A DNA stretch of 32,000 nt, from positions 2,190,001-2,222,000 of the forward strand of contig NC_007614.1 of NCBI RefSeq assembly GCF_000196355.1, read 5' to 3'. Below are positions 9,174 to 19,400 of the stretch, in pieces; the stretch's first letter is position 1, and each line of letters starts with the position of its first letter. The stretch is from Nitrosospira multiformis ATCC 25196 (GTDB taxonomy: Bacteria; Pseudomonadota; Gammaproteobacteria; Burkholderiales; Nitrosomonadaceae). Under the pieces are notes generated by a model. That model was given only the letters and a program-made list of their open reading frames with translations. It made no database searches and had not been told where the DNA came from. The position numbers and the translations under genes were made by a program.

Positions 9174-10502
9174 CTACCCGCGCTCAATTCTGTTCCTTAA
9201 CACTTCAGCCACGGTATGGAATGAGCCGAAAACACAAATTCTATCATTTCTGGCTGCCTGCTCACAGGCGTAAGCATATGCCTCGGATGGATTGCGGAAC
9301 TTGCGGATGGTATGGGCGGCGCCTTCTCCTGCATTCCCCGGGAGCGGCTCGGCGATTTGCAGCGCCTGGGCAACCTGCGTGGCGGCTTCGTCCGCCGTAG
9401 CGCCTCTTGGAGCGTCAATACCCGATACCAGCCAGACATCCACGCTGGACCTCAACTCCCGTACCACGCCTGCGATATCTTTATCCCCGAGCATTGCAAA
9501 TACCGCGTACGTTCTGGGATAACGCCCCATGCTATCGAGGCTGGCGGCCAATGCGCGTGCCGCGCCTGGATTATGGGCAACATCGAGCACCCTGACCGGC
9601 TGTCCAGGCAACACCTGAAACCGGGCTGGCCAAACCACTTCCAGCAAACCATGACGAATGTCGCTCAAGGTAACCGGCAATGTATCTTTCAGGGAATCCA
9701 GGGCGGCGAGGCACGCACTGGCATTTTTCAACTGATAGGCGCCGCGCAAGGCCGGATAAGGGAGTGCATGCCTGCTCTCGCCGTTCCGCCAATAGCTCCA
9801 GGACTGTGGAGCGGTTGAATAACCGAAGTGCTCTCCGATATGCATGAGGTCGGCGCCGATCGATTCCGCATGACGACGCACGCTTATGGGCAGGTCCGGT
9901 TCGGAACAGATTGCGGCCTTCCCTGACCTGAAAATTCCGGCCTTTTCGAATCCGATCTGTTCACGCGTATTGCCCAGATAATCCATATGATCGAAATCCA
10001 CGCTGGTAAGGACCGCGCAATCGGCCTCGAACACATTGACCGCATCCAGCCGCCCGCCCAATCCCACCTCCAGAATTGCAACTTCCACTTCGGCCTGACT
10101 GAACAAGTACATGGCGGCCAGTGTGCCAAACTCGAAATAGGTCAGGGATACGGCGCTATTCATCCGCGCCGATTCGACAGCGCGGAAAGCCTCGCACAGC
10201 TCATCATCGCTTGCCTCCTTCCGGTCGATTCGCACGCGTTCGTTATATCGCAGCAAATGAGGGGAGGTATAGCATCCGACCCGATATCCGGCATGGCTCA
10301 GAATGGCTTCCAGCATCATGCATGTCGATCCCTTCCCGTTGGTGCCCGCAACGGAAATGATGGGAAATGAAGGTTCGAGCTCCAGTTCCGCCTGGACGCG
10401 CCGTATCCGCTCCAGTCCCATTTCGATAGCTGCGGGATGCAGGCGTTCCAGGTAGTCCAGCCACTCTGGCAGCGTTGCGGAAGCAAAGGAGAAAGTGCTC
10501 AT
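9174..10502 (-). CDS. folC: Bifunctional folylpolyglutamate synthase / dihydrofolate synthase
   Basis: 442 aa of the Mur-ligase family. P-loop VAGTNGKGST, and an N-terminus LPEWLDYLERLHP typical of FolC. Located downstream of accD as in many proteobacteria. Confidence 0.9.
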   Translation of the reverse strand: MSTFSFASATLPEWLDYLERLHPAAIEMGLERIRRVQAELELEPSFPIISVAGTNGKGSTCMMLEAILSHAGYRVGCYTSPHLLRYNERVRIDRKEASDDELCEAFRAVESARMNSAVSLTYFEFGTLAAMYLFSQAEVEVAILEVGLGGRLDAVNVFEADCAVLTSVDFDHMDYLGNTREQIGFEKAGIFRSGKAAICSEPDLPISVRRHAESIGADLMHIGEHFGYSTAPQSWSYWRNGESRHALPYPALRGAYQLKNASACLAALDSLKDTLPVTLSDIRHGLLEVVWPARFQVLPGQPVRVLDVAHNPGAARALAASLDSMGRYPRTYAVFAMLGDKDIAGVVRELRSSVDVWLVSGIDAPRGATADEAATQVAQALQIAEPLPGNAGEGAAHTIRKFRNPSEAYAYACEQAARNDRICVFGSFHTVAEVLRNRIERG

Positions 10503-10548
10503 GCCCGCGATGGCACGGTAAGTATGATTATGCGTCGAGTGAAAATGC

Positions 10549-11418
10549 TCAGAGCGCGGGAGGGGAAGCGTGCATCAGCAACGTGCACAAATTGGCGATC
10601 TTGTCGCGCATGCGCCGGCGATCGACGATCATATCTATTGCTCCGTGTTCCAGCAGGAACTCGGAACGCTGAAATCCTTCCGGCAGGGTCTGCCGCACTG
10701 TCTGCTCGATCACTCTCGGTCCCGCAAAACCGATCAGAGCGCCTGGTTCAGCAATCACTACATCACCAATGAAAGCAAAACTTGCAGACACACCGCCCAT
10801 GGTAGGGTCCGTCAGGACCGAAATGAACGGAAGTCCTTCGCGGCTCAGCCGGGTCAGTACAGCGGTGGTTTTGGCCATCTGCATGAGCGACAGCAGGCCT
10901 TCCTGCATGCGCGCCCCGCCACTCGCCGCGAAGCATACAAAGGCCAGACGCCGGTCGACACACGTTTGCACACCCCGTATGAAGCGTTCGCCGACGACTG
11001 ATCCCATCGAACCCCCCATGAAACCGAATTCGAATGCGGCGACAACGACGGGAACTGTCTTGACGCTGCCCTGCATCACCACCAGGGAGTCATCTTCGTT
11101 AGTCTCTCTTTTCGCCTCCGCCAGCCTGTCGGAGTAACGCTTGCTATCCTTGAATTTAAGGGGATCGAGCGGGTGAACTTCCGCCCCGATTTCGCGCCGA
11201 TTCTCTGGATCCAGAAACAGGTCGAGCCGCACGCGCGCGGAGATCCGGTTGTGATGACCGCACTTGGGGCAGACATTGAGATTGTTCCCCAGATCGGAAT
11301 AGTAAAGCACTGCCTCGCAGGAGGCGCATTTGCTCCACAGTCCCTCAGGCACCGCTTTCTTTTCACCGCTTTCCTTGCGCTTGATCTTGGGCGGAAGAAG
11401 TTTCTGAAACCAGCTCAT
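10549..11418 (-). CDS. accD: Acetyl-CoA carboxylase carboxyltransferase beta subunit
   Basis: 289 aa. N-terminal Zn ribbon CASCEAVLY...CPKCGHH, followed by a carboxyltransferase domain. The ATG overlaps the trpA stop (ATGA). Confidence 0.95.
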   Translation of the reverse strand: MSWFQKLLPPKIKRKESGEKKAVPEGLWSKCASCEAVLYYSDLGNNLNVCPKCGHHNRISARVRLDLFLDPENRREIGAEVHPLDPLKFKDSKRYSDRLAEAKRETNEDDSLVVMQGSVKTVPVVVAAFEFGFMGGSMGSVVGERFIRGVQTCVDRRLAFVCFAASGGARMQEGLLSLMQMAKTTAVLTRLSREGLPFISVLTDPTMGGVSASFAFIGDVVIAEPGALIGFAGPRVIEQTVRQTLPEGFQRSEFLLEHGAIDMIVDRRRMRDKIANLCTLLMHASPPAL

Positions 11419-12254
11419 AAGTGTGTAAGTTTAACGGCGGCTGATGGTGCAGGACTTGCTGCGTCTATTGCAATTCGCAGACTTTTTACCAGACGATGGA
11501 CATTTGTTAACACCTCCGCCTTGGGCGACCTTTCAATTTCTTCGATGATGCGGCTTCCCACCACCACTGCATCGGCAAGCTCCGCCACTGCCCGGGCGGT
11601 TGCGCCGTCACGTATGCCAAAGCCCACTCCGATAGGAATGGAAATGCGGGAACGCAGTCCGTCGAGTTTCTCGGCCACGTCATGCAAATCGAGGTGAAGC
11701 GAACCGGTAACGCCTTTCAGCGAAACGTAGTACACGTATCCTTCCGCCAGGGAGGCCACCCGCTCGACGCGCTGCTGCGGCGTAGTGGGAGAAAGCAGGA
11801 AAATGGGAGCGATATTCTGACGTTTCAGGTATTCCACCCATTTCACCGATTCTTCCGGAGGATAATCCACAATCAGCACGCCATCCACTCCGCACGCCTT
11901 TGATCTTGCCGTGAAAGCATCGTAGCCCATCGCTTCGACCGGATTGGCGTAGCCCATCAGCACAACCGGCGTGCTGGAATCACTTTCCCTGAATTCTCCC
12001 ACCATTGCCAATACGTCCTGCAACGAAACGCGATGTTTCAGCGCACGCTCGGAAGAGCGCTGAATCGTTGGTCCATCCGCCATCGGATCAGAAAATGGAA
12101 CACCCAGTTCGATGACATCGGCGCCAGCCTGCACCAGTTCATGCATCAGTGGAACCATCATTCCGGGTTCGGGATCGCCAGCAGTAATAAAAGGAATGAG
12201 CGCCTTTCTCCGATTCTGGAGCAGTTTGCCAAACAGGGTGGAAATACGGGACAT
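11415..12254 (-). CDS. trpA: Tryptophan synthase alpha chain
   Basis: Homology starts at [30 protein letters not shown] (ATG at 12254, 16 nt after the trpB stop). The ORF-track start at 12323 would overlap trpB and adds 23 non-homologous residues. Confidence 0.93.
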   Translation of the reverse strand: MSRISTLFGKLLQNRRKALIPFITAGDPEPGMMVPLMHELVQAGADVIELGVPFSDPMADGPTIQRSSERALKHRVSLQDVLAMVGEFRESDSSTPVVLMGYANPVEAMGYDAFTARSKACGVDGVLIVDYPPEESVKWVEYLKRQNIAPIFLLSPTTPQQRVERVASLAEGYVYYVSLKGVTGSLHLDLHDVAEKLDGLRSRISIPIGVGFGIRDGATARAVAELADAVVVGSRIIEEIERSPKAEVLTNVHRLVKSLRIAIDAASPAPSAAVKLTHL

Positions 12255-12270
12255 GAATGGACTTTGCAGG

Positions 12271-13467
12271 TTAGAAGGTGATATGCGAAGCGCGCGCCAC
12301 GGTGGGCATATCCTTGTCCCCACGCCCCGAGAGGTTCACCAGCAGCAACTTGTCGGAAGTGAGGGCAGGCGCGAGCCGGGCTGCATAAGCCAGCGCATGA
12401 CTGGATTCGAGCGCGGGAATGATCCCTTCGTAATGGCACAGTGCGTGGAAGGCTTCCAGAGCCTGCTCGTCGGTTATTCCGAAATATTCGGCCCGTCCGC
12501 TGTCCTTGAGCCAGGCATGCTCCGGCCCTACGCCGGGATAATCCAGGCCTGCCGAAATGGAATGTGTTTCGACGATCTGCCCATTCTCATCCTGGATGAG
12601 GTAAGTGCGATTGCCGTGCAACACGCCAGGGCGTCCCTTCGTCAGGGTAGCGGCATGCTGATCCGTCTCCACGCCGTGTCCGGCCGCTTCCACTCCGATC
12701 ATCCGGATGCTGCTGTCGAGGTAGGGATAAAAAAGCCCGATGGCATTTGACCCCCCCCCCACGCAGGCGATCAGGGCATCGGGCTGCCGTCCGTAATCCT
12801 CCTGCATCTGGGTTATGGCCTCGCGCCCGATGATCGCCTGGAAATCCCGTACCATCATGGGATAGGGATGAGGTCCGGCCACAGTACCGATGATGTAAAA
12901 GGTATCCGCAACATTGGTCACCCAGTCGCGCATGGCCTCGTTCAAAGCATCCTTCAGCGTGCGTGAGCCGGATTCGACCGGTATGACCTCCGCACCCAGA
13001 AGCTTCATCCGGTAAACATTGGCAGCCTGGCGCTCCACATCGACCGATCCCATGTAGATGACACACTCCATCCCATACCGCGCTGCGACCGTGGCCGTGG
13101 CAACACCATGCTGGCCTGCGCCGGTCTCGGCTATTACCCGCGATTTGCCCATGCGCCTTGCCAGCAGCGCCTGTCCCATCGCATTATTGATTTTGTGGGC
13201 GCCCGTATGGTTCAGGTCCTCGCGCTTGAGCAGGATCTGGGCGCCCCCCAGCTGCGCAGACCATCGTTTTGCATGATAGATGGGAGTCGGGCGTCCCACA
13301 TAATGCTTGAGTTCATGGGCGAATTCTGCCTGAAAGTCGGCGTCGCTGCGATAGCGCTCGTACTGTATGCGTAAATCCTCCAGTGCCGAGATCAGCGTTT
13401 CAGCGACAAAGATGCCGCCATACGGACCAAAGTGCCCATGACTGTCCGGAAGATCATAGACTTTCAC
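12271..13467 (-). CDS. trpB: Tryptophan synthase beta chain
   Basis: Motifs [18 protein letters not shown]-lysine HTGAHKINN, and GGGSNAIG. The likely start is the GTG at 13467 (VKVYDLPD), with GAGGAG 9 nt upstream, giving about 398 aa. The ORF-track ATG at 13548 would overlap trpF by 95 nt. Confidence 0.93.
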   Translation of the reverse strand: MKVYDLPDSHGHFGPYGGIFVAETLISALEDLRIQYERYRSDADFQAEFAHELKHYVGRPTPIYHAKRWSAQLGGAQILLKREDLNHTGAHKINNAMGQALLARRMGKSRVIAETGAGQHGVATATVAARYGMECVIYMGSVDVERQAANVYRMKLLGAEVIPVESGSRTLKDALNEAMRDWVTNVADTFYIIGTVAGPHPYPMMVRDFQAIIGREAITQMQEDYGRQPDALIACVGGGSNAIGLFYPYLDSSIRMIGVEAAGHGVETDQHAATLTKGRPGVLHGNRTYLIQDENGQIVETHSISAGLDYPGVGPEHAWLKDSGRAEYFGITDEQALEAFHALCHYEGIIPALESSHALAYAARLAPALTSDKLLLVNLSGRGDKDMPTVARASHITF

Positions 13468-14080
13468 TGATTCCAACTCCTCGCATGAATGCTGCAATTT
13501 TCCCCGAATCTTTAATGCCCTTCGCGGCTTCCACGCCACTGGACACATCCACCGCCCAAGGATGGGCCTGCTGGATTGCGCTCGTAACGTTGCCTGCGTG
13601 TAGTCCCCCCGAAAGAATCAGCGGCAGCGGCAAATTGCGCGGAATCAGGTTCCAGTCAAACGCCTCTCCGGTTCCCCCCGGTTCCCCTTCCACATACGTA
13701 TCCAGCAGCAAACCGGTGGCTCCCGTATAAAGGGATGCGTATTGTAGCAAATCCAGCCCCGGCCTGACTCTTACCGCCTTTATATAGGGAAGCGAAAATT
13801 GCTGGCAGAACTCGGGGCTTTCGCTACCGTGAAATTGCAACAGGTTCAGGCCGGCAACCGAAATGCTTTCGTCTACCCACCCCGCCTCAGGGTCGACATA
13901 GACACCCACTGAAGTAACGAATGGCGGCAGCGTGGACACGATTCCGCGCGCTTCAGCCGGTGAAATATAGCGCGCGCTCTGCTCCCAGAAGACAAAGCCC
14001 ACGGCATTCGCTCCGAGATGCACTGCCGCAAGCGCATCTTCCACTCGGGTTATACCGCAAACTTTTACTCGAATCGACAT
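13454..14080 (-). CDS. trpF: N-(5'-phosphoribosyl)anthranilate isomerase
   Basis: Homology starts at [16 protein letters not shown] (ATG at 14080), giving 208 aa. The ORF-track start at 14215 adds 45 residues that overlap truA. Confidence 0.9.
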   Translation of the reverse strand: MSIRVKVCGITRVEDALAAVHLGANAVGFVFWEQSARYISPAEARGIVSTLPPFVTSVGVYVDPEAGWVDESISVAGLNLLQFHGSESPEFCQQFSLPYIKAVRVRPGLDLLQYASLYTGATGLLLDTYVEGEPGGTGEAFDWNLIPRNLPLPLILSGGLHAGNVTSAIQQAHPWAVDVSSGVEAAKGIKDSGKIAAFMRGVGISESL

Positions 14081-14952
14081 ATATCCCTGACTTCCGGTGT
14101 TGCGCCCGCAACTGGGTTTCCGCCACTTGTCGCCCATGATGTGAGGATAGCCGGCCTGTTTGTGCCCGGCACTATTGCGGTCAGAGGGGGCTCGACAAAG
14201 GGTGGCAGCTTCCACCTCGCATCATAGGCAACCCCTGCCAAGTATAACCCGGAAGCGGAAAAAGTCGGTGCAGCTTCGCTGCGCTTCCCGTTTTCAAGCA
14301 GTTTCCCTATCCAGTCAGGACGAAATTTACCTTTACCTACATAGACCAGACAACCGACGATATTCCGTACCATGTGGTGCAAAAATGCATTAGCGCGCAG
14401 CTCAAACGCAACCATGTTTCCCACTCGCGTAACTTCCAGTTTTGTCAGGGTGCGTACAGGGGATTTGGCCTGGCATGCAGCAGCCCGAAAGGCGCTGAAA
14501 TCGTGTTCGCCCACCAGCATTTGTGCCCCCATCTGCATGGATTCGAGACGGAGCGGATGGTGATACCAGCCGACTCGGTGCTGATGAAGGCCCGGCCGCA
14601 CTGGGTGGTTCAGTAACAGGTAGAGGTAACAACGCTCAAGCGCACAGTAGCGGGCATGAAAATCGTCTGCAGTAGGGGATGCCCATAGCAGGGCAATGCC
14701 GCTGGGCAGCAGGGCGTTTGCACCCCGCACCCATGCATTCATAGGTCGCTCCGCCCGAGTATCGAAATGCAGCACCTGGTAGATCGCATGAACCCCTGCG
14801 TCGGTTCTCCCTGCCGTCACTACTCGGATAGCCTCGCCTGCAATTTCAGACAAGGCCGCTTCCACGGCATCCTGCACGGTATTTCCCCCTGGCTGGCTTT
14901 GCCAGCCGCAGAAATTGCTGCCGTCATACTCCAGCACCATTGCGATTCTCAC
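14065..14952 (-). CDS. truA: tRNA pseudouridine(38-40) synthase
   Basis: The TruA N-terminal strand (M/V)RIAMVLEYDGSNFCGWQ begins at the GTG at 14952. The catalytic region GRTDAGVHA is present. The start is uncertain (ATG 14940 is an alternative). The ORF-track start at 15120 adds 56 non-homologous residues. Confidence 0.85.
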   Translation of the reverse strand: MRIAMVLEYDGSNFCGWQSQPGGNTVQDAVEAALSEIAGEAIRVVTAGRTDAGVHAIYQVLHFDTRAERPMNAWVRGANALLPSGIALLWASPTADDFHARYCALERCYLYLLLNHPVRPGLHQHRVGWYHHPLRLESMQMGAQMLVGEHDFSAFRAAACQAKSPVRTLTKLEVTRVGNMVAFELRANAFLHHMVRNIVGCLVYVGKGKFRPDWIGKLLENGKRSEAAPTFSASGLYLAGVAYDARWKLPPFVEPPLTAIVPGTNRPAILTSWATSGGNPVAGATPEVRDICRFE

Positions 14953-15145
14953 GGTAAAGCTACCATCGTGATTCTGGTGATACTTGTACCGGCACGTCCA
15001 GGGAATTTTTAAACACTTTTCGGGAAACGGAAGTAATGACGTATAAGCAGACGCTCTCCAGCGTGACATTGGGCGCTGATTGGGTAGTCCGTCATTGCCC
15101 ACCGCTTTCGCACAAGCCATCCTGTACGACTCTTATGCTTTCCCG

Positions 15146-16039
15146 CTACAGAACGAGTGCCCACGGCAGCGGTTCCTCTTCTTTTTCCCGTTCATCTGTT
15201 CCAGAAGACTGTTTTTTGTGCCACTCGGCTGTATGCATCCTCACTTCCTGATCGGCTTCTCCTGCTGTTATCGTACTGATTTCGCTGCTGTCGGGTATTC
15301 TCAGGACGAATCCCATCTTGAGCTGATGCATGTTGTCGCCAAAGAACGCCTCGCGGTTTGCGCGAAACAGGGCCACCAACACCTGATTGAAGCTTGCTTC
15401 AGGAGGAAGCGCAATATTTTTTGCGATTCCTGATAAGGTATCGCCCGGTTTTACGGGACCGTAGATCCGATAGGACGAGTTTGACGCGGAGAGTCCTGAA
15501 GGGAGTCCGGTTTGTCTTGATGAGAAGCCATCGTGGGCTATAGCCGGATCTGTTTTACCCTCTGCAGAGTCAATACGCGGATAGCAATGCGGTGTCGGCT
15601 GAGCTGACTCATTTTCCCGGGAGGATGCACTCGTTTCGGCAAGGGGGAGCAAGGCTGTATATTCACGCAACAAACGTCCCGACGCCCAGTTCAGCTCAAT
15701 CAGGATATTCAGGAACGGTTCGTCAACGGGTTGCCGAGAAACAATCCTGATATAAGGCTGACCATCTGGATGGGTTTCAATAGTGGTTTTAAACGTGGAT
15801 AAAAGCGGAGAATAATCGACATTTACCTTGCGGAAGACATCATGTGATGCAAGGTGGGCATTCAGGAAAAATTTCTCTTCTGTTGTTACCCCCACAAGAT
15901 CGATTTCTGCTCTGAACGGCTGTCCTTGCACGGAATTGACAGTCAGCCTTCCCAGGCCTGCTGCGTGACTGGCTTCCACCGACATCACGGCGGCCAGAAA
16001 TGAAAAAAACAGACTGCACTTAAACCTCGACTTCTGCAC
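15146..16039 (-). CDS. FimV-like N-terminal domain / LysM protein (short form, 297 aa)
   Basis: Signal peptide (FFSFLAAVMSVEASHA). FimV N-terminal region (LGRLTVNSVQGQPFRAEIDL...EPFLNILIELNWASGRLLREYTALLP). LysM domain (YGPVKPGDTLSGIAKNI...). It occupies the conserved asd-fimV-truA position. The start is GTG. Confidence 0.8.
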   Translation of the reverse strand: MQKSRFKCSLFFSFLAAVMSVEASHAAGLGRLTVNSVQGQPFRAEIDLVGVTTEEKFFLNAHLASHDVFRKVNVDYSPLLSTFKTTIETHPDGQPYIRIVSRQPVDEPFLNILIELNWASGRLLREYTALLPLAETSASSRENESAQPTPHCYPRIDSAEGKTDPAIAHDGFSSRQTGLPSGLSASNSSYRIYGPVKPGDTLSGIAKNIALPPEASFNQVLVALFRANREAFFGDNMHQLKMGFVLRIPDSSEISTITAGEADQEVRMHTAEWHKKQSSGTDEREKEEEPLPWALVL

Positions 16040-16305
16040 GGCAGTATACTCTCAGGGAGGAATAATGCCCTATCCCTTGACGAAGATCGGAAACGTGGTC
16101 AGACATCGGCTGCGTGCATGCAAGACGCGCATCCGGCGGGTTTCGTTTACGAAGAAAGCGGGTTGCCATCGAACGATAGGCAATCTTCAATCGGACGACT
16201 GCGGGAAAATGACTCTCGAAAAGGCGCAGGGGAAGCTCCGGAAGATGGAAATCAGGCGGCACGATGTCTTGATTCACCGCGCGCCTTTGCCGCTTCTAGC
16301 GATTC

Positions 16306-17418
16306 TCAGGCCGCCACCAGAATTCTGAGCATTCTGCGCAGCGGCTCTGCGGCCCCCCAAAGCAACTGGTCTCCCACAGTGAATGCAGAAAGATACTCGC
16401 CGCCCATGGCAAGCTTGCGCAACCGGCCAACCGGTATTGTCAGCTTGCCGGTAACCGCAGCGGGAGTCAACTCTTTCAAGGTATGCTCCCGCTCATTGGG
16501 AACGACCCTTACCCAACTGTTCGAAGCGGCAAGCACGTCTTCCACCTCATCCAGCGGAACATCCTTCTTCAGCTTCACGGTCAGCGCCTGGCTGTGGCAA
16601 CGCATGGCCCCTACACGCACACAGATACCGTCCACGGGAACCGTTCGTTCACCACGCCCCAGTATTTTGTTTGTCTCGGATTGCCCCTTCCACTCTTCCC
16701 GTGTCTGCCCGTTGCCCAAATCCCTGTCTATCCAGGGGATGAGACTGCCTGCAAGCGGCACACCGAAATTCTCGGTTGGAAAATTTTCATCACGAAGTGT
16801 TCCCGCCACTTCACGGTCGATGTCGAGTATTCCGGCCGCAGGGTCATCCAGCAGATTTTTCGCCACGCGATGGGCTTCGCCCATTTGCAGAAGCAATTCC
16901 CGCATGTTCTGCGCCCCGGCGCCGGAAGCTGCCTGATAAGTCATGGCGCTCATCCATTCCACCAGTTCTTCTTTGAAGAGCCCGTTCATGGCCATCAGCA
17001 TCAGGCTGACGGTGCAATTGCCTCCGATATAATTCTTTATCCCATCGTGCAGAGCCTGTTCGATAACGGGCATGTTGACCGGGTCCAGTATGATGACAGC
17101 ATCATCTTTCATCCGCAGCGTGGAGGCTGCATCGATCCAGTAACCCTGCCAGCCTGCTTCCCGCAGCCGGGGAAAAATCGCGCCGGTATAATCCCCTCCC
17201 TGACAGGAAATCAGAATGTCCATGGACTTGAGCTCGCCTATATCATTCGCGTCCTTCAGCGGCGGAGCCTCCTGGCCGATGTCCGGTGCTTTGCCGCCCT
17301 TCTGCGAAGTGGAAAAGAAAGTTGGCTCGACCAATGCAAAATCATTTTCTTCCCGCATACGTTGCATGAGAACCGACCCTACCATGCCACGCCAACCGAT
17401 AAAACCCACTCGTTTCAT
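16306..17418 (-). CDS. asd: Aspartate-semialdehyde dehydrogenase
   Basis: 370 aa. N-terminus [21 protein letters not shown], and an active-site region [12 protein letters not shown]. Confidence 0.95.
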   Translation of the reverse strand: MKRVGFIGWRGMVGSVLMQRMREENDFALVEPTFFSTSQKGGKAPDIGQEAPPLKDANDIGELKSMDILISCQGGDYTGAIFPRLREAGWQGYWIDAASTLRMKDDAVIILDPVNMPVIEQALHDGIKNYIGGNCTVSLMLMAMNGLFKEELVEWMSAMTYQAASGAGAQNMRELLLQMGEAHRVAKNLLDDPAAGILDIDREVAGTLRDENFPTENFGVPLAGSLIPWIDRDLGNGQTREEWKGQSETNKILGRGERTVPVDGICVRVGAMRCHSQALTVKLKKDVPLDEVEDVLAASNSWVRVVPNEREHTLKELTPAAVTGKLTIPVGRLRKLAMGGEYLSAFTVGDQLLWGAAEPLRRMLRILVAA

Positions 17419-17443
17419 TGATATCTCTCTTTTGGAAGAAATC

Positions 17444-17459
17444 GTGGTTGATCAACCAC
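17444..17459. promoter_or_regulatory. Perfect 16-bp palindrome GTGGTTGATCAACCAC between leuB and asd
   Basis: Read directly from the sequence. It lies 20 nt after the leuB stop and 26 nt before the asd ATG. Its function is unknown (operator or weak hairpin). Confidence 0.3.
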
Positions 17460-17478
17460 AGGATATGAAGTGTCGTTG

Positions 17479-18540
17479 CTACAAACTTGCCAGAACCGCA
17501 TCACCCATTGCTGCGGTTCCGATTTTCATCTTTCCTGGCTCGTAAATATCCGCCGTCCGGTATCCATCAGCCAGCACCTTTTTCACTGCCCGTTCGATTC
17601 GGGATGCCTCCTCCTCCCGATCGAAGGTATAGCGCAGCATCATCGCAACTGAAAGGACGGTGGCCAGAGGATTCGCCACGTCCTTGCCGGCGATATCGGG
17701 AGCAGAACCGTGTATGGGTTCATAAAGCCCCTTGTTCCGCTCATCGAGCGATGCCGAAGGCAGCATGCCGATCGAACCGGTCAACATGGATGCTTCATCC
17801 GACAGGATGTCCCCGAACATATTGCCTGTCACAACCACATCGAACTGCCGGGGATTGCGTACAAGCTGCATGGCCGCATTGTCCACCAGCATGTGCGAAA
17901 GCTCCACGTCCGGATATTCACCTGCCGTTTCGGTCACCACGTCGCGCCACAGCTGGGTTGATTCCAGTACGTTCATCTTGTCGACAGAGCACAGCCTGCG
18001 ACTGCGCTTGCGCGCTGCCTGGAAAGCCACCCGCGCTATTCTCCGGATCTCGGCTTCGCTGTAAATCATGGTATTGTAGCCGATGCGCTGACCATTCCGT
18101 AATTCAATCCCGCGTGGCTCACCAAAGTAAATATCCCCGGTCAACTCGCGCACGATCAGGATATCGAGTCCGGACACCACCTCGGGCTTCAGCGTGGAGG
18201 CATCGGCAAGTTCAGGATAAAGTACCGCAGGCCGGAGATTGGCAAACAGGTTCAAGGCCTTCCGTATGCCAAGAAGGCCTTGCTCCGGCCTGAGCTGCCG
18301 GGGCAGCCCGTCATATCGCGGGCCGCCCACTGCCCCCAGGATCACGGCGTCCGCCTGAGCCACCAATGTGCGCGTTGCCGCGGGAAAAGGCTCGCCCGCT
18401 GCATCTACAGCACATCCGCCCAGCAATCCCTGTTCCAGTTCCAGCTTCAATCCATCGCTTCTCAGCGTTTCCAGCACGCGCACCGCTTGCGCGACAATTT
18501 CCGGGCCGATACCATCTCCGGCCAGAATTGCTATTTTCAT
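17479..18540 (-). CDS. leuB: 3-isopropylmalate dehydrogenase
   Basis: 353 aa. [16 protein letters not shown]...NLFANLRP...[11 protein letters not shown] are hallmark LeuB motifs. Confidence 0.95.
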
Positions 18541-18566
18541 AAGGTCCTTTTAAAGGGGAAAGTCTG

Positions 18567-19205
18567 TCAGGCGAACAGCCACGGCTGTTCTGCGCGGCGT
18601 TTTTCTTCGAACGCGCGGATTTTGTCCGCGTGCTGCAACGTGAGGCCGATTTCGTCCAGACCATTCAGCAGACTATGCTTGCGGAAAGGATCGATATCGA
18701 AGGAGAAAGATTCTCCGGCAGGAGTGGTCACCGATTGCTGCTCCAGATTGACGAGCAATCGGTACCCTTCGATGGCCTCGACCTCGCGGAACAACTGATC
18801 CACCTGTGAGGTGTCGAGCACGATGGGAAGCAAACCTATTTTGAAGCAGTTGTTGAAAAAAATATCGGCAAAACTGGGGGCAATGATTACCTCAAAGCCG
18901 TAATCCTGCAATGCCCAGGGAGCATGTTCCCGGCTGGATCCGCAACCGAAATTGGCGCGGGCGAGGAGTAGCCGGGCATCGCGGTAACGCGGCAGGTTAA
19001 GCACAAATTCAGGGTTGAGTTTACGAGTGGCAGGGTCGATGCCTGGCTCGCCATGATCCAGGTATCGCCATTCATCGAAGAGGTTTTGCCCGAAGCCGGA
19101 CCTCTTGATGGATTTCAGAAACTGTTTGGGAATGATGGCGTCGGTGTCGACGTTCGCCCGATCCAGTGGGACCACCACTCCCTCGCATGAATGAAACTTT
19201 TTCAC
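18567..19205 (-). CDS. leuD: 3-isopropylmalate dehydratase small subunit
   Basis: 212 aa. [20 protein letters not shown]...[15 protein letters not shown]. Confidence 0.95.
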   Translation of the reverse strand: MKKFHSCEGVVVPLDRANVDTDAIIPKQFLKSIKRSGFGQNLFDEWRYLDHGEPGIDPATRKLNPEFVLNLPRYRDARLLLARANFGCGSSREHAPWALQDYGFEVIIAPSFADIFFNNCFKIGLLPIVLDTSQVDQLFREVEAIEGYRLLVNLEQQSVTTPAGESFSFDIDPFRKHSLLNGLDEIGLTLQHADKIRAFEEKRRAEQPWLFA

Positions 19206-19225
19206 TGCTGATTACCGTTTTGCAA

Positions 19226-19351
19226 TTATTTTGCAGATTTTTCCAGTGCTTCTCCGCCGCTTTGAACGTCTTTGCCTACTCCCTGAATGGTGTGGCAGGC
19301 AGACAGGCCAAAGGCAGCGATCAAGGCAAGCATCATCGTCAGCGTTCGCAT
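19226..19351 (-). CDS. Entericidin A/B-like small lipoprotein (41 aa), not in the ORF track
   Basis: Hand translation of the leuC-leuD gap gives MRTLTMMLALIAAFGLSACHTIQGVGKDVQSGGEALEKSAK*. It has a lipobox LSAC and a Gly-rich mature part like the entericidin family. AGGGAG lies 7 nt upstream of the ATG. Confidence 0.7.
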   Translation of the reverse strand: MRTLTMMLALIAAFGLSACHTIQGVGKDVQSGGEALEKSAK

Positions 19352-19400
19352 CACAACTCCCTGTAGTAGTATAAAAAACCGTTATTGTTGTACTGGAATT

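Noticed and set aside
16020-16277. 85-aa minus-strand ORF between asd and the FimV-like gene.
   Set aside because: It overlaps the FimV-like start in another frame, and it has no SD and no motifs. The region is more likely to hold the fimV-like promoter.
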